Assembly (NCBI GenBank): GCA_963771465.1
Contig: CAVYTU010000015.1
Location: forward strand, 384,001-448,000
Origin: an uncultured delta proteobacterium
GTDB lineage: Bacteria; Desulfobacterota; Binatia; UBA9968
DNA length: 64,000 bases
Direction: 5' to 3'
Position numbers and translations under genes: made by a program. Every line of letters starts with the position of its first letter. The stretch's first letter is position 1. A model generated the notes under the pieces. It had not been told where the DNA came from. It did not search any database and saw only the letters and a program-made list of their open reading frames with translations. This document shows positions 10,271 through 20,512 of this stretch, piece by piece.

Positions 10271-11062
10271 ATGCCATTTCAATATCTCCCCATCATGGCG
10301 CAAAACTCCGCTCCCAAGCCGCCGCGCGTATTGGCGGCGCCGTCCAAGCCAGCGTGGTGTCCGATCACGAAACCGGTCAGCGAATCGAGAGTCGCGCTGC
10401 TCAGCAGCGCGGCGCTTCGTTTAGCGCATCAAACACCGTTCATTCCGCGCGAAGACTCTAGTTATCGGCGCGTGCCGTCCGATCCAAGCGCGGGTGAAAT
10501 CATCATCGATCATCACTCGGGAATCGGTAAAGTCCCCAAGCAGGACCCGGAAATCGTTTTTCCGCGCACCGCAATCGCTCTATTGGCTGAGAAAGGAATC
10601 ATCGGCGCGCTGGCGCCTTTTCATTTCTCGTTTATGGGCGGCCTGCGCGAACATGGAAAAATCGAAAACGAACTCGCGCCCGCCATAGTCAGCGATTTGA
10701 AGCAAGCCCAGGTCGATCTCGCCCTGCTGGTTCCCTACTGACCGTTTTGCCACGAGACCGTCGGTCTCATCGCGCACATCATTGAAGCCAGTAGCATTCC
10801 GACACTAGTGATCGGCACCGCTCACGATATCATGAGTAAAGTCACGCCGCCGCGCGCTGCCTTTGTCGATCATCCAGTCGGCCGCACCTTCGGTCCGCCC
10901 CATGATCGGCCGCGCAACGAGACCGTACTTACGAACGCATTGGCGGAAGTTCCGCACTTCGCGCGCGCTCGCGAGATTCACGACCTCGGCTGCGACTGGT
11001 CGCCCGACGGTAGCCGTACTTGGGAAGACGATTTGCGCGCTGAAATGGCGCACGACCGTTGA
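10271..11062 (+). CDS. PrdB/GrdB-like selenoprotein (glycine/sarcosine/betaine/proline reductase B family) with Sec at TGA 10739-10741
   Basis: The two track ORFs are in one frame, separated by a single TGA. Read-through gives LLVPY-U-PFCHETVGLIA...IPT...PPRAAFVDHPVG (UxxC). Confidence 0.82.
10754..10768 (+). promoter_or_regulatory. Candidate bacterial SECIS hairpin
   Basis: GAGACC-GTC-GGTCTC, a perfect 6-bp stem with G in the loop, 12 nt after the in-frame TGA. Confidence 0.6.
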
Positions 11063-11124
11063 CTCGAAGCAAATTTTAATAGTTAATTGCGGGCGAGAAA
11101 TATTTCAGCTTGAAGGAGTGTTGA

Positions 11125-12147
11125 ATGTCGAAACATCTCACGAGTTTCTGCGCGTCGGTCGTATTATCTATAATGGTGATTTTGCCACTCTATGCAGCCG
11201 CGCCCTTTTACGAAGGCAAGACGATCAGAGTCGTCGTGGGTTTTTCCGCTGGCGGCGGCTTTGATACCTATTCGCGTCTGATCGCACGTCATTTGGGTAG
11301 ACATATTCCCGGCGGTCCAGCGGTTGTCGTCGAGAACATGCCTGGGGCCGCCAGTCTCGTTTCCGCCAACCACGTCTATAATGTCGCCAAACCCGACGGA
11401 CTCACCATCCTCAACTTTCACGGCAACCAGGTCATCAACCAAGTGATCGGCAGTCCCGGCATTGAATTCGATGCGCGCAAGTTCGAGTACATCGGCATCC
11501 CGACCCAAGACAACGTCGCCTGCGCCTTCACCAAAGCAAGCGGCATCACCACTTTTGACGCGTTGAGAAATTCGAAAACCCCCGTGAAAGTCGGCGGTGT
11601 GGCGCCGGGCGACACAACCTACAATACCGCCAAGCTTTTGATCGCCGCGCTCAAGCTGCCGATTCAGCTCGTCGCCGGCTACAAAGGTACGGCGGAGGTA
11701 CGTCTTGCCGCAGAGTCGGGTGAAGTGGCCGGTGGCTGCTGGCAGTGGGAGTCGATTAAATCCATCTGGCGCCAGGGACTCGATGCGGGGAATGTCGCGG
11801 TCATCCTGCAGGTCAACCCAAAACCCCATCCGGAATTGCCCAAAGTGCCCAATGCCATCGATTTCGCACCCAATGAAAACAGCAAACTGTTGCTCAAGTT
11901 CGGCGGTCACGATCCGGCAGCGATTACCCGACCTTACGCCGTCGCACCGGGTACGCCAAAAGATCGCGTACAGATGCTCCGCAAGGCCTTTGTGGAAACT
12001 TTGAAGGATCCCGATTTCAGCGCCGACGCCAAGAAGTCGCGTCTCGATACCGACCCTCTCACGGGTGAAGAGATTGAAAAGATCGTATCGCAACTTTTCA
12101 AGATCGAGCCGACGGTCGTCAGCCAGCTCAAAGAGATCCTGAAGTGA
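11125..12147 (+). CDS. Bug/TctC-family tripartite tricarboxylate transporter substrate-binding protein
   Basis: Signal peptide; FYEGKTIR.VVGFSAGGGFD, VENMPGA, KPDGLT, GYKGT and AF..TLKDPDF motifs. Confidence 0.9.
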   Translation: MSKHLTSFCASVVLSIMVILPLYAAAPFYEGKTIRVVVGFSAGGGFDTYSRLIARHLGRHIPGGPAVVVENMPGAASLVSANHVYNVAKPDGLTILNFHGNQVINQVIGSPGIEFDARKFEYIGIPTQDNVACAFTKASGITTFDALRNSKTPVKVGGVAPGDTTYNTAKLLIAALKLPIQLVAGYKGTAEVRLAAESGEVAGGCWQWESIKSIWRQGLDAGNVAVILQVNPKPHPELPKVPNAIDFAPNENSKLLLKFGGHDPAAITRPYAVAPGTPKDRVQMLRKAFVETLKDPDFSADAKKSRLDTDPLTGEEIEKIVSQLFKIEPTVVSQLKEILK

Positions 12148-12188
12148 TCGAGCCCGGCTTGCGTCTAAATGCCGTACTAGGAGTTTTC

Positions 12189-13214
12189 ATGAAGAGAACA
12201 TCTTCCTACCTATTGGCGTTTTTGTTTCTGGCACTGAGTATCTCAAGCCGAGCCGCCTTGGCTCAAGACAGTTTTTACCGCGGCAAAACCGTCCGGGTCA
12301 TCGTCGGTGCCTCAGCCGGCGGCGGTTACGATACCTACGCCCGCACCATCGCACGCCATATGGGCAAGCATGTCGCGGGCAATCCAACGTTCATCGTCGA
12401 CAACATGCCGGGTGCCGGTTTTTTGATCTCCGCCAACTACATATACAAAGTCGCCAAACCGGACGGCCTCACCATCGGCCACTTCATCGGCGGACTTTTT
12501 TTGCAGCAGCTGCTCGGCAAACCCGGCGTCGAGTTTGACTCGCGCAAGTTTGAGTTTATCGGTGTCCCGGCACAGGACAATTACATGCTCGGCGTCCACA
12601 AGAGCACAGGAATCACCAGCATCGAACAATGGTTGTCGTCGAAAACGATGGTCAAGTTTGGCGGCGTCGGCGCCGGTTCGGCCACCGACGATATTCCCAA
12701 AGTTCTTGGGCCGGCCATCGGCCTGCCATTTCAGTTGGTCTCCGGTTATAAAGGCACCGCCGACGTGCGGCTCGCCTTTAATAGCGGCGAGATCAACGGC
12801 ATCTGCAATTCTTGGGAGTCTTTCAAAGCAACGTGGAGCAAGGAGTTGGCGGCGGGCGAAGTAGTGGTTGTCTTGCAAAATGTCGCCAAGCCTCACCCCG
12901 ATCAGCCCAAGCTTCCGCTGGCGATTAATTTTGCCAAGACCGAAGAAGGTCAGAAGCTGATCAAAGCGCTTGTCCACAGCGTCGGCCCGACGGCGCGACC
13001 GTTCATGCTGCCGCCGGCAACACCGAAAGACCGCGTGCAAATTTTGCGCAAGGCGTTCATCGACACGATGAAAGATCCGGACTTTCTCGCCGACGCGACC
13101 AAAGCGCGCTTGGACGTCAATCCACTGGACGGCGCCGAGCTGGAAAAAAACGTTCGCGAAGTTTTTAACCTAGACAAGTCGCTGATCCCGCGCGCCAAAG
13201 AGATATTAAAATGA
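12189..13214 (+). CDS. Bug/TctC-family substrate-binding protein (tandem paralog)
   Basis: Same motif set as the upstream copy; AGGAG RBS. Confidence 0.9.
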   Translation: MKRTSSYLLAFLFLALSISSRAALAQDSFYRGKTVRVIVGASAGGGYDTYARTIARHMGKHVAGNPTFIVDNMPGAGFLISANYIYKVAKPDGLTIGHFIGGLFLQQLLGKPGVEFDSRKFEFIGVPAQDNYMLGVHKSTGITSIEQWLSSKTMVKFGGVGAGSATDDIPKVLGPAIGLPFQLVSGYKGTADVRLAFNSGEINGICNSWESFKATWSKELAAGEVVVVLQNVAKPHPDQPKLPLAINFAKTEEGQKLIKALVHSVGPTARPFMLPPATPKDRVQILRKAFIDTMKDPDFLADATKARLDVNPLDGAELEKNVREVFNLDKSLIPRAKEILK

Positions 13215-13399
13215 TTGCCGCCACGCGGCTATCATCAAAACGAAGCGAAGGATCGCGCACAAACGATGTCGCACTGGAGTGTTGGAGTGATGGGATGTAG
13301 CGGTGCGGCTAGAATGCTTCGCTCGAGCTCCCCACTGTACTGAGAAGCGCAGTCCAGGGTCATCGAACCTGGACTTGGACATCTGCTTATTATTCGCCC

Positions 13400-13630
13400 G
13401 GAATTTTTTCGTAATCGTCGAGCCTTGTCCTAAGGCGCTTTCGGCATAGACGAATCTGCTCGGATTCCTATTGCGATGTAAACTCCAATTTCGCAGCGCT
13501 TTGCGAGTGGACGAGCCGTCCCTTTACATGAATATTTCGAAGATAGCCGGCTGACTCCCCTCGGGTATGCCGATCGCTCCCTTAAGCGACCGGCGGAGGC
13601 TTTTAATAAAATGTCGAATAATTCGCCGAG
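13400..13630 (-). pseudogene. Decayed HATPase_c fragment, paralogous to 15304-15600
   Basis: Shared blocks GGAATTTTT.CGTAA.CGTCGAGCCTTGT, TTGCGATGTAAA, GTGGACGAGCCGTCC and TCGGGTATGCCGAT in the same order, with indels. Confidence 0.65.
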
Positions 13631-13656
13631 CCGATTTTCTCAGTGACCTCTGCTCG

Positions 13657-14997
13657 CTAGGCCGCGCGGCTGACTGCCGCTTTAGGTTGCATTGGAGCCG
13701 TCGGCAGCAAGATCGTGAAAGTTGTCCCTTCGCCAAGTTCGCTTTCCACGGCGACGCTGCCACCATGACTTTCCACGATGGTTTTAACGATGAAAAGCCC
13801 CAGTCCGGTGCCTTCGATGTTCGCAGCACCATCGAGCCGCCGGAATTCAGAAAATAGGCTGGAGATCTCGTCCTTGGCTACCCCAATGCCGGTATCCTTC
13901 ACTTTGATGGCGATATTTTTCTTGGTCATTGCCGAAGTCACCGTGATCTGGCCGCCGGTTGGTGTAAACTTGATGGCGTTGCTAACCAAGTTCCACAATA
14001 CGCGCTGCAATTGATCGAAGTCGCCCAAGATCGGTTCGAGATTCGCGTCAAGTTTGAGCGCCAGTATTTGCTCTTTCTCCTGGGCCGTGACCATCTGTTG
14101 TAGAACAACTTCTTCGGCGATGACATTCATCTGAACCAGATCTTTTGCGCCATCCAACTTCATTGTTTCTAGTTTCGAAACATCTAAAAAGTCGGTGATC
14201 ATTTTGGTGATGCGGTCGACATTTTTGCGAATGCATTCGAGACACGACAGCCTTTCCTTGGGAGTCGAGTAGCTAATGGACGGCTCGGCGAGTAACTCAG
14301 CATAGCCGAGGATAACGTTGAGCGGCGTCTTGATGTCGTGCGCCAGGGCAGACACCAATTGACGCTTCAACCTTACCGCTGCTTCGATCTTCTCGGTTCG
14401 TCTCTTTTCCCGTTTCACCTGACTCGCCAGATGACCATAAAAGATAGAAATACCGAACATGAACGGCACGCGAAATAGAAAATTTGGGCTGATCGTAGAT
14501 ATAGCTGCGCCGTTCGGGGAGACGAACAGGACAAATACCAAGCTCAGCAGCACGCAGAGCACGCCAATTTGAACGAGGTGCTCGCCAATCGCCGCGATGA
14601 AAACGCAAAAAAAGAAAAGAATAAGCAAATCCCACGGCACTTCCTGCGAAGTCGTAATGGCGCCAAGAATGAGAATTGAATCGACAACCAGGAGTCCCGG
14701 TTCAATCAAGCGTCGTTCGAAATATGTCTCGGGAATACGCTGGAGCAAAACCGCGGACGTGAGACACGTTAACACCAAAAGCGCCGGCAGCGGATCGGTT
14801 ACATTATGTTCATGCGAAACGATAACCAGATAAGAAGTGGCGATTGCAACCAGCCACTGGACGGCGATAATTGCATTTCTATCCTCGCGCAGTGCGCTAC
14901 TTTCGCCGTTCTCCGAGCCCACTATATTTGCCCACCACGAAGTTATCCTGAAGGTTCCGTTCAACGTCAGCCGTTCTAACAAAGCTCTACTTAGCAA
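13657..14997 (-). CDS. Membrane sensor histidine kinase (multi-TM, HisKA, HATPase_c)
   Basis: AHDIKTPL, NLVSNAIKFT, DTGIG and GTGLGL motifs; about six hydrophobic helices. Confidence 0.9.
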   Translation of the reverse strand: MLSRALLERLTLNGTFRITSWWANIVGSENGESSALREDRNAIIAVQWLVAIATSYLVIVSHEHNVTDPLPALLVLTCLTSAVLLQRIPETYFERRLIEPGLLVVDSILILGAITTSQEVPWDLLILFFFCVFIAAIGEHLVQIGVLCVLLSLVFVLFVSPNGAAISTISPNFLFRVPFMFGISIFYGHLASQVKREKRRTEKIEAAVRLKRQLVSALAHDIKTPLNVILGYAELLAEPSISYSTPKERLSCLECIRKNVDRITKMITDFLDVSKLETMKLDGAKDLVQMNVIAEEVVLQQMVTAQEKEQILALKLDANLEPILGDFDQLQRVLWNLVSNAIKFTPTGGQITVTSAMTKKNIAIKVKDTGIGVAKDEISSLFSEFRRLDGAANIEGTGLGLFIVKTIVESHGGSVAVESELGEGTTFTILLPTAPMQPKAAVSRAA

Positions 14998-15070
14998 TTT
15001 CCGCCTCTATCCCCTGGTAAGTTTTTACCCGTACTGGAGCAAGTTTGGTAATCAATCGGTATTGCATCAC

Positions 15071-15085
15071 GCAGCAAGCGTGCCA
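15071..15085 (-). promoter_or_regulatory. Candidate sigma54 promoter for the histidine kinase
   Basis: TGGCAC-GCTTG-CTGC on the minus strand with correct GG-N10-GC spacing. Confidence 0.5.
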
Positions 15086-15263
15086 AGTTTTTCCTATAAA
15101 ATAATTGCAGGAGTTCAAGAAGTTAGCTCCATTCCGAGGGCATCGCGTTGGAGCTGCCGGCGCGTTTTTGACAAGTTATGCCAAAAATGAACTTTCGGGA
15201 GATTGACCATAAGCTCCCACTGCTCGAACCGCGCACCGTGCTTTTTCTCGCGTCGCATCGGGA

Positions 15264-15659
15264 TCATCGAAACTGAATCTGTTGGGTGTCGTGCTGTTGG
15301 CAAGGAATTTTTATCGTAAACGTCGAGCCTTGTTCGACTACGCTTTCGGCTTCGATGGACCCGCCGAGAAGCTCGGTGAACTTTTTTGCGATGTAAAGCC
15401 CCAGTCCCGCACCGCTGAAATCTCGGGTGGACGAGCCGTCCACTTGCTTGAACATGTCGAAGATGATCGGCAGGCTCTCTTCGGGTATGCCGATGCCGGT
15501 GTTGGAAACCTGGAACTCGAAATTCTCGTTGACGCGCGCGGATACCGTCACGGTGCCCGTTTTGGTAAACTTGATGGTATTGTCGATGAGTTTGCGAAGG
15601 ATGTGGGTTAGAATCCCTCCGTCAGTGATCAAGGTAGGCAGGCTTGTGAATATTTCCAA
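15264..15659 (-). pseudogene. Isolated HATPase_c domain with no HisKA domain; likely truncated kinase
   Basis: LIDNTIKFT, VSNTGIGI (Asp replaced by Asn), GAGLGL and GSTF motifs; no upstream H-box. Confidence 0.6.
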
Positions 15660-15943
15660 ACCAAAGCAAGATTTTGGTAAAATTATTTCGAGGCTTCTAG
15701 GACGTTGGCCATGAGATAAATGGTCTTGTGTACTTGACTAATAATCGCGCCATCAAACAGTATCGGGATTTTCTTAAGTTTTACTCTTAGTGACCCGTGC
15801 TATTTTGGCAGGGAAGTGGTCGTGCGGGAACTGATTCCACCCACGAAATCTCTAAAATGGGGCAAAAAATTGGAGCGCTGGAGTGTTGGGGTAATGGAGT
15901 GATGAGTCGCCCAATACACCCGTGTTCCACTTTCCTCAGTCCG

Positions 15944-16369
15944 CTAAAAGCCGCAGTCCGCCGGAGTTACGTCCACCGTGGCGACATGCTGCTTGTCCTT
16001 ATCGAAATAGGAGTAGCGCAGCGTCACACCCTGCTTGAGAAAATCTTCCCGCGTCTCCGGCGCGTTACAGGCGCCTTGAGCGACCTTTTGTTTGGCGCCG
16101 GCGGCGAACTTTTGATGATCCAACTGGCGGACTGAGTAGGGCACGAGCCGATATTTATAGATCAACATACCTTCATGGCCCTCAACAGCGGTAAGTTCGG
16201 TTTCCTTATCGATCATCACCGGCACCGAACGATTGACCTCAGCGGCGATCTTGCTGAGCCGCGCCTGTGAACGTGGATCCAATTTCTCTTGGAACAGTTC
16301 AGGTAGGGCCCAGAACACCAGGCAGCCGGCGATTACGCCGACGGTAATCCATAGCAGCGATTTTTTCAT
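15944..16369 (-). CDS. Hypothetical membrane-anchored periplasmic protein
   Basis: N-terminal TM helix; NRSVPVMIDKETEL, C..PETR...L.QGV...YSY.D and a terminal Cys resemble PA3611-like small proteins. Confidence 0.65.
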   Translation of the reverse strand: MKKSLLWITVGVIAGCLVFWALPELFQEKLDPRSQARLSKIAAEVNRSVPVMIDKETELTAVEGHEGMLIYKYRLVPYSVRQLDHQKFAAGAKQKVAQGACNAPETREDFLKQGVTLRYSYFDKDKQHVATVDVTPADCGF

Positions 16370-16413
16370 GTCCGCTTCAGTCCGTTATGCATTCGCAAAG
16401 CCGAAAGAAACTG

Positions 16414-18103
16414 TTAACCCGCCGGCGGCGCCTTCAATTCGACCAGATTCCAAGTCGTGCTGCCGGTCGATCGGGTGAGCACGACCCACTGCGGTGCTAC
16501 CATGTTCAAGCGTTTTAAGTCGCGTTCCTTGATCAACATATAACTTGTTGGTGCCCCGCCGAGCAACTTTTCGATGGCGGCGGGCGACGACAGTAGCGGC
16601 ATCGCGTCGCGCTCCAAGTAATAATTGAACTCGTTCATGCTGTCAGCGTAAATATACAGCGGCGCCGTCGCCGGAACGATCCGCTTGATCGCCACTGCCA
16701 ATGGCCTGGGCGATTTGAATTGCTCCAGATAGGGAAAAACCCACAGCGCTGAACTGGGTAAAAGCATTGTCATCATCAGTACAATAGACGTTATAGCCTT
16801 AAGCGGGTCGCGCTGCCGAAAAAAGCGAACAGCGACTGCGCCGCCAAGCGCCAACGTCAAGCTGCCGGGGACGAAAATCCAGAAAGCCTCGGGACGGACA
16901 ATCCACGCCACGGCGGGCAGGGCGACGCCGATAATGACGACGATCGTGAAATTGACTGAAGCTAACCAACGAAAAATCGCGGTTTCGTCAATCGTACCAG
17001 CGGAGAGATCGTTGAAGTAATTGCCGATCAACAACGCCAGCACGGGCAGCAGCGGCAGCAAGTAAAGCTCGCGCTTGGTGGCGGAAACGGAAAAAAACAG
17101 CAAGACGCTGATAAACCACAGGACAAAAAACAATAAAACCGGGGTCTGCCAAATTCTTCGATAGGGCCGGTAGGCGATTAGCGCCGGGACAATGAAGATC
17201 GTCCAGGGCAATACATCGACGGGCAGCGTGGTTAAGTAATAGTAGAAAGGTTGACGGTGTCCAGCGCCTGCAGTGTAACGTTGAAAATGATGGATGAAAA
17301 GAAAATCGTTTAGCCACCTGCCATCGGTGGCTTGCTGTACCAACCAGAACCACGGCGCCGTGATCAGCAGAAATAGTGGAATTCCCAACGGCAACTTGGC
17401 CGCGGCGATCATTGGCCATTCGCGCCGTGCGACCATGAATGAAATCAATATTAGCGCCGGCAGGACAACACCAATCAGCCCCTTGGCAAAGTCGCCAGCG
17501 CCATGAAGACATAGACCAAAAGCATTTCGTTGCTGCGGCCGCGGCCTAACAAGGAACGCGCGGCGAAATATATCGACAGCACGAAGAGAAAGCAAAACAA
17601 CATGTCGATGTGGGCCGAGCGCGCTTCCCAGATTACCCGGTTGGATGTGGCTAAGATAGCTGCGCTCAAGAAACCGATCCGCGCGGTGAAAAATTCCTTA
17701 CCCAACAGGTAGGTCGCCCAAATCAAGCCGACGCCCCCGAGCCCGCCGGCAACCGCAGGGTCCACTCGTTCACCGCGCTAAAAATTTTACCGGCGAGCAA
17801 AACCAACCAGAAATAGAGAATCGGTTTGTCGGTGTAGAGATCGCCATTCACCGTCGGCACGATCCACTCGCCCTTGGCGAACATGACCCGAGCAATTTCC
17901 GCATAACGCGGCTCCACCGGCGCCCAAAAATCGCGCCAACCGAGCCCAAAGAAAAACAGCAAGACGCTGAGACTGATCAAAATCAGCGGATAGTTTTTTT
18001 CCGTAAGCAAAATCGCCGGCCCGACAAGGATTGGAGTACAGTCAGGATTAGCAGTCGCGGCAAATTTTTTCTCGCGGGTTAATTGTTGTAATGGTTCGCT
18101 CAC
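16414..18103 (-). CDS. ArnT/PMT-family glycosyltransferase (GT83-like), split by two frameshifts
   Basis: Three overlapping ORFs carry EPRYAEIAR.M, YTDKPILYFW, IDML, AKGLIG, H..PFYYY and K..LYLLP.LP in order. Confidence 0.8.
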
Positions 18104-18136
18104 ATTTGGGGCGGAAAACTAGAGGGTAAAATGACA

Positions 18137-18166
18137 GCTGGGAACCGCCTTACGGCGGTTCCCAGC
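18137..18166 (-). terminator. Hairpin downstream of the porin gene
   Basis: Perfect 13-bp stem GCTGGGAACCGCC/GGCGGTTCCCAGC with a GTAA loop on the minus strand; weak U-tract. Confidence 0.65.
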
Positions 18167-18190
18167 GGGTACAAAGCGGATTCTAGCGAA

Positions 18191-19462
18191 TTAGAAGGTG
18201 TAAAGTAGCTGCAACCCGAGGGTGGTTTGATTGCTGTCGGCGCTACTCGCACCCTTTTTGAAAACCCCACGATCGGCCCAGTCCTGGCGAAATTCGGCTC
18301 TACCGATCAGCATCTTGGTAAACTTATAACTGCTGGTCAGGGTCATCTCTCCCAGAGTAACGCTTCCCGGCGGGGTTACCGCCGCCAGACCCGCTGTTCG
18401 CGCCGCTTGGCTGTCGATGAATACCTCGCCACGCAGGGCGGTCGTGAAGCGTTCCGTCCAACCGTAGGAAGCGATTGCTGCGATAGCATGCCAATACGCT
18501 TTTTCCGTGTTCGTTGGCGTCGTCACTTTGGACTCCGCACCGAAAGTATACTCAAGCAGCAGCGTCAATGAGTCGGCCGGCTTGATGGTTGCGACATTAC
18601 TCCAAGTGAGCCGCTGGCGACTCGAATTACCGGTCTGTTCGGGCCCGATCAATAGGTTGCTGGCCAATGCGAAGGTGTCGGACGGCGTAAAATTGACGCC
18701 GAGGAGCCCCGACGGTGCGCCGTTATTATCGCGCGGATTATCCCATCCCGTGACGATACCCATGCTTGCCGTGACCGTCTTATGGAATGGGTAGCTGAAT
18801 AGCGTGCCCAAATGGCGCAGCGGCACGCCGAAGTTAAAGGCGAAGGAACGAGAGATGTTATCGTTATAAGCACCCGGTGCATTCAGAATCTCCGTGCCCA
18901 AGGGCGTCACGAACAAGCCACCCTTGATGCCGATGCCTTCGCCAAGCGGAATCGTGGTGGTGATAAAAGATTCGCGCAGTTCAGCGGAAGGCTCGTGATG
19001 GAATCTCTTACCCCACAGCGTCGCTTCTCTCAGTAGCTCGCCACCACGGCCAAAATCCCCGGAGAGTTTGAAACCGACGCCCCAGTCTTTTTCTGGCTTC
19101 TCCACCGCGATGTGGAAATAATTGAAAACGACCTTGTTGTAGTCCTTATCGAAATAGCGCCCAGAGATATTACTCGGGCTATCGGGATGATTGGAACTCC
19201 AAGTGTAACTGGCATCGAAGAAGCCGCTGATGGCGATGCCCAGAGCCTTTTCCAAAGCGCCTTTCCCATTAGCGATGGCACTATCCAACGGACCGACGCA
19301 GCAGTCTAAACTAAGCCAGCCCGGCCCTAACGGCTTATCCTCCGGTTCCGCTGGTTTCTGCTCCGTTGGTGCCGGCTTCTGTTCCTCGGCTGCCTTGACA
19401 GTCCCCAACGCCAAGAAAAACATCACCAGTCCCAATACTAACCCCGTCAATATTTGTTTCAT
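18191..19462 (-). CDS. Outer-membrane beta-barrel porin (BBP2/DUF1597-like)
   Basis: Signal peptide; G.F.TPLG.E, N.SRSF.F..G.P..H.G, GWD...DNN and RAEFR.D motifs; C-terminal YTF. Confidence 0.8.
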   Translation of the reverse strand: MKQILTGLVLGLVMFFLALGTVKAAEEQKPAPTEQKPAEPEDKPLGPGWLSLDCCVGPLDSAIANGKGALEKALGIAISGFFDASYTWSSNHPDSPSNISGRYFDKDYNKVVFNYFHIAVEKPEKDWGVGFKLSGDFGRGGELLREATLWGKRFHHEPSAELRESFITTTIPLGEGIGIKGGLFVTPLGTEILNAPGAYNDNISRSFAFNFGVPLRHLGTLFSYPFHKTVTASMGIVTGWDNPRDNNGAPSGLLGVNFTPSDTFALASNLLIGPEQTGNSSRQRLTWSNVATIKPADSLTLLLEYTFGAESKVTTPTNTEKAYWHAIAAIASYGWTERFTTALRGEVFIDSQAARTAGLAAVTPPGSVTLGEMTLTSSYKFTKMLIGRAEFRQDWADRGVFKKGASSADSNQTTLGLQLLYTF

Positions 19463-19539
19463 CTAGTGATCTCCTGCTAAACTAGGTTGCGAAATTAACA
19501 CGCGGCAGAATGAATGTGAATAGGCCCTTAATGTAATGA

Positions 19540-19554
19540 GCAATAAAAATGCCA
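19540..19554 (-). promoter_or_regulatory. sigma54 promoter of the porin gene
   Basis: TGGCAT-TTTTA-TTGC; NtrC-like TGC-N11-GCA-type sites lie about 80-125 bp upstream (about 19636-19673). Confidence 0.7.
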
Positions 19555-19694
19555 CGAAAACAGCGTCAGAAAGCATTTTACCCTATCGTAATCAAAGCGA
19601 TTTTTTTGACCAAACAGTCAAAGGAAAGTCTCCATTGCTTAAAATTTAGCCACCCATGTCAATTTTTTAAGCAGCAACGGACACAACCGTGCAG

Positions 19695-20507
19695 TTAAAC
19701 AGAAAAATGGCCGAGCGGTTCGGTGTGGCTATAACTTCGTGCTGTGATTCCCGCTACGCTCTTTTGGAACCAGGCCAAGTCTCTGGCCAGCTTCACCACT
19801 TCGCCAACCAATATCAACGTCGGTGAGCAAAAGTTCTGCTGCCGTCCCATGGCCGCGATGGTGGCGACGGTGCCGAAAGTGGATTTCTGCTGCGGAAGGG
19901 TCCCGGCTTCGATTAGCGCCACCGGACGATCATGCGGGCAGCCCTCTTCTAACAAGCGGCTCATGATCAGACCGAGGTTTTGCAGCCCCATCAAAATCAC
20001 CAAGGTATCCACCGAGCGCGCAAGATCGCCCCATTTCACTTCATCCCCCGAAGCCTTGTGGCCGGTCACGACCGCGAAGCTTGACGCAAGCGAACGGTGC
20101 GTCACGGGAATACCGGCGTAGGCCGGCGCGGCGATGGCCGAACTAATTCCCGGGACGACTTCGAACGCAATGCCCGCCGCGTGCAAGGCCAGCGCTTCCT
20201 CCCCGCCACGGCCAAAGACAAACGGATCGCCACCTTTCAAGCGCACAACTGTTCGGCCCAGGCGCGCATGGCGAATCAGCAACGCTTCGATCTCCCGTTG
20301 ATCGGCGCAATGCTTGCCGGGTTTTTTGCCGACGTAGATCAGTTCCGCCTTGGCGTCGGTGAACTCCAACAGCTCATGGTTCGCCAGCTCATCGAAAAGG
20401 ATCACGTCGGCAGCTTCGAGGCAGCGTTTGCCCTTGAGCGTGATCAGCTCCGGATCGCCCGGCCCGGCGCCGACGAGATAAACTTTGCCGACGGTAGTCG
20501 CGGTCAT
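19695..20507 (-). CDS. cobA: Uroporphyrinogen-III C-methyltransferase (siroheme supply)
   Basis: VYLVGAGPGD, RLKGGDPFVFGRGGEE and GIPVTHR motifs. Confidence 0.93.
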   Translation of the reverse strand: MTATTVGKVYLVGAGPGDPELITLKGKRCLEAADVILFDELANHELLEFTDAKAELIYVGKKPGKHCADQREIEALLIRHARLGRTVVRLKGGDPFVFGRGGEEALALHAAGIAFEVVPGISSAIAAPAYAGIPVTHRSLASSFAVVTGHKASGDEVKWGDLARSVDTLVILMGLQNLGLIMSRLLEEGCPHDRPVALIEAGTLPQQKSTFGTVATIAAMGRQQNFCSPTLILVGEVVKLARDLAWFQKSVAGITARSYSHTEPLGHFSV

Positions 20508-20512
20508 CGCTG

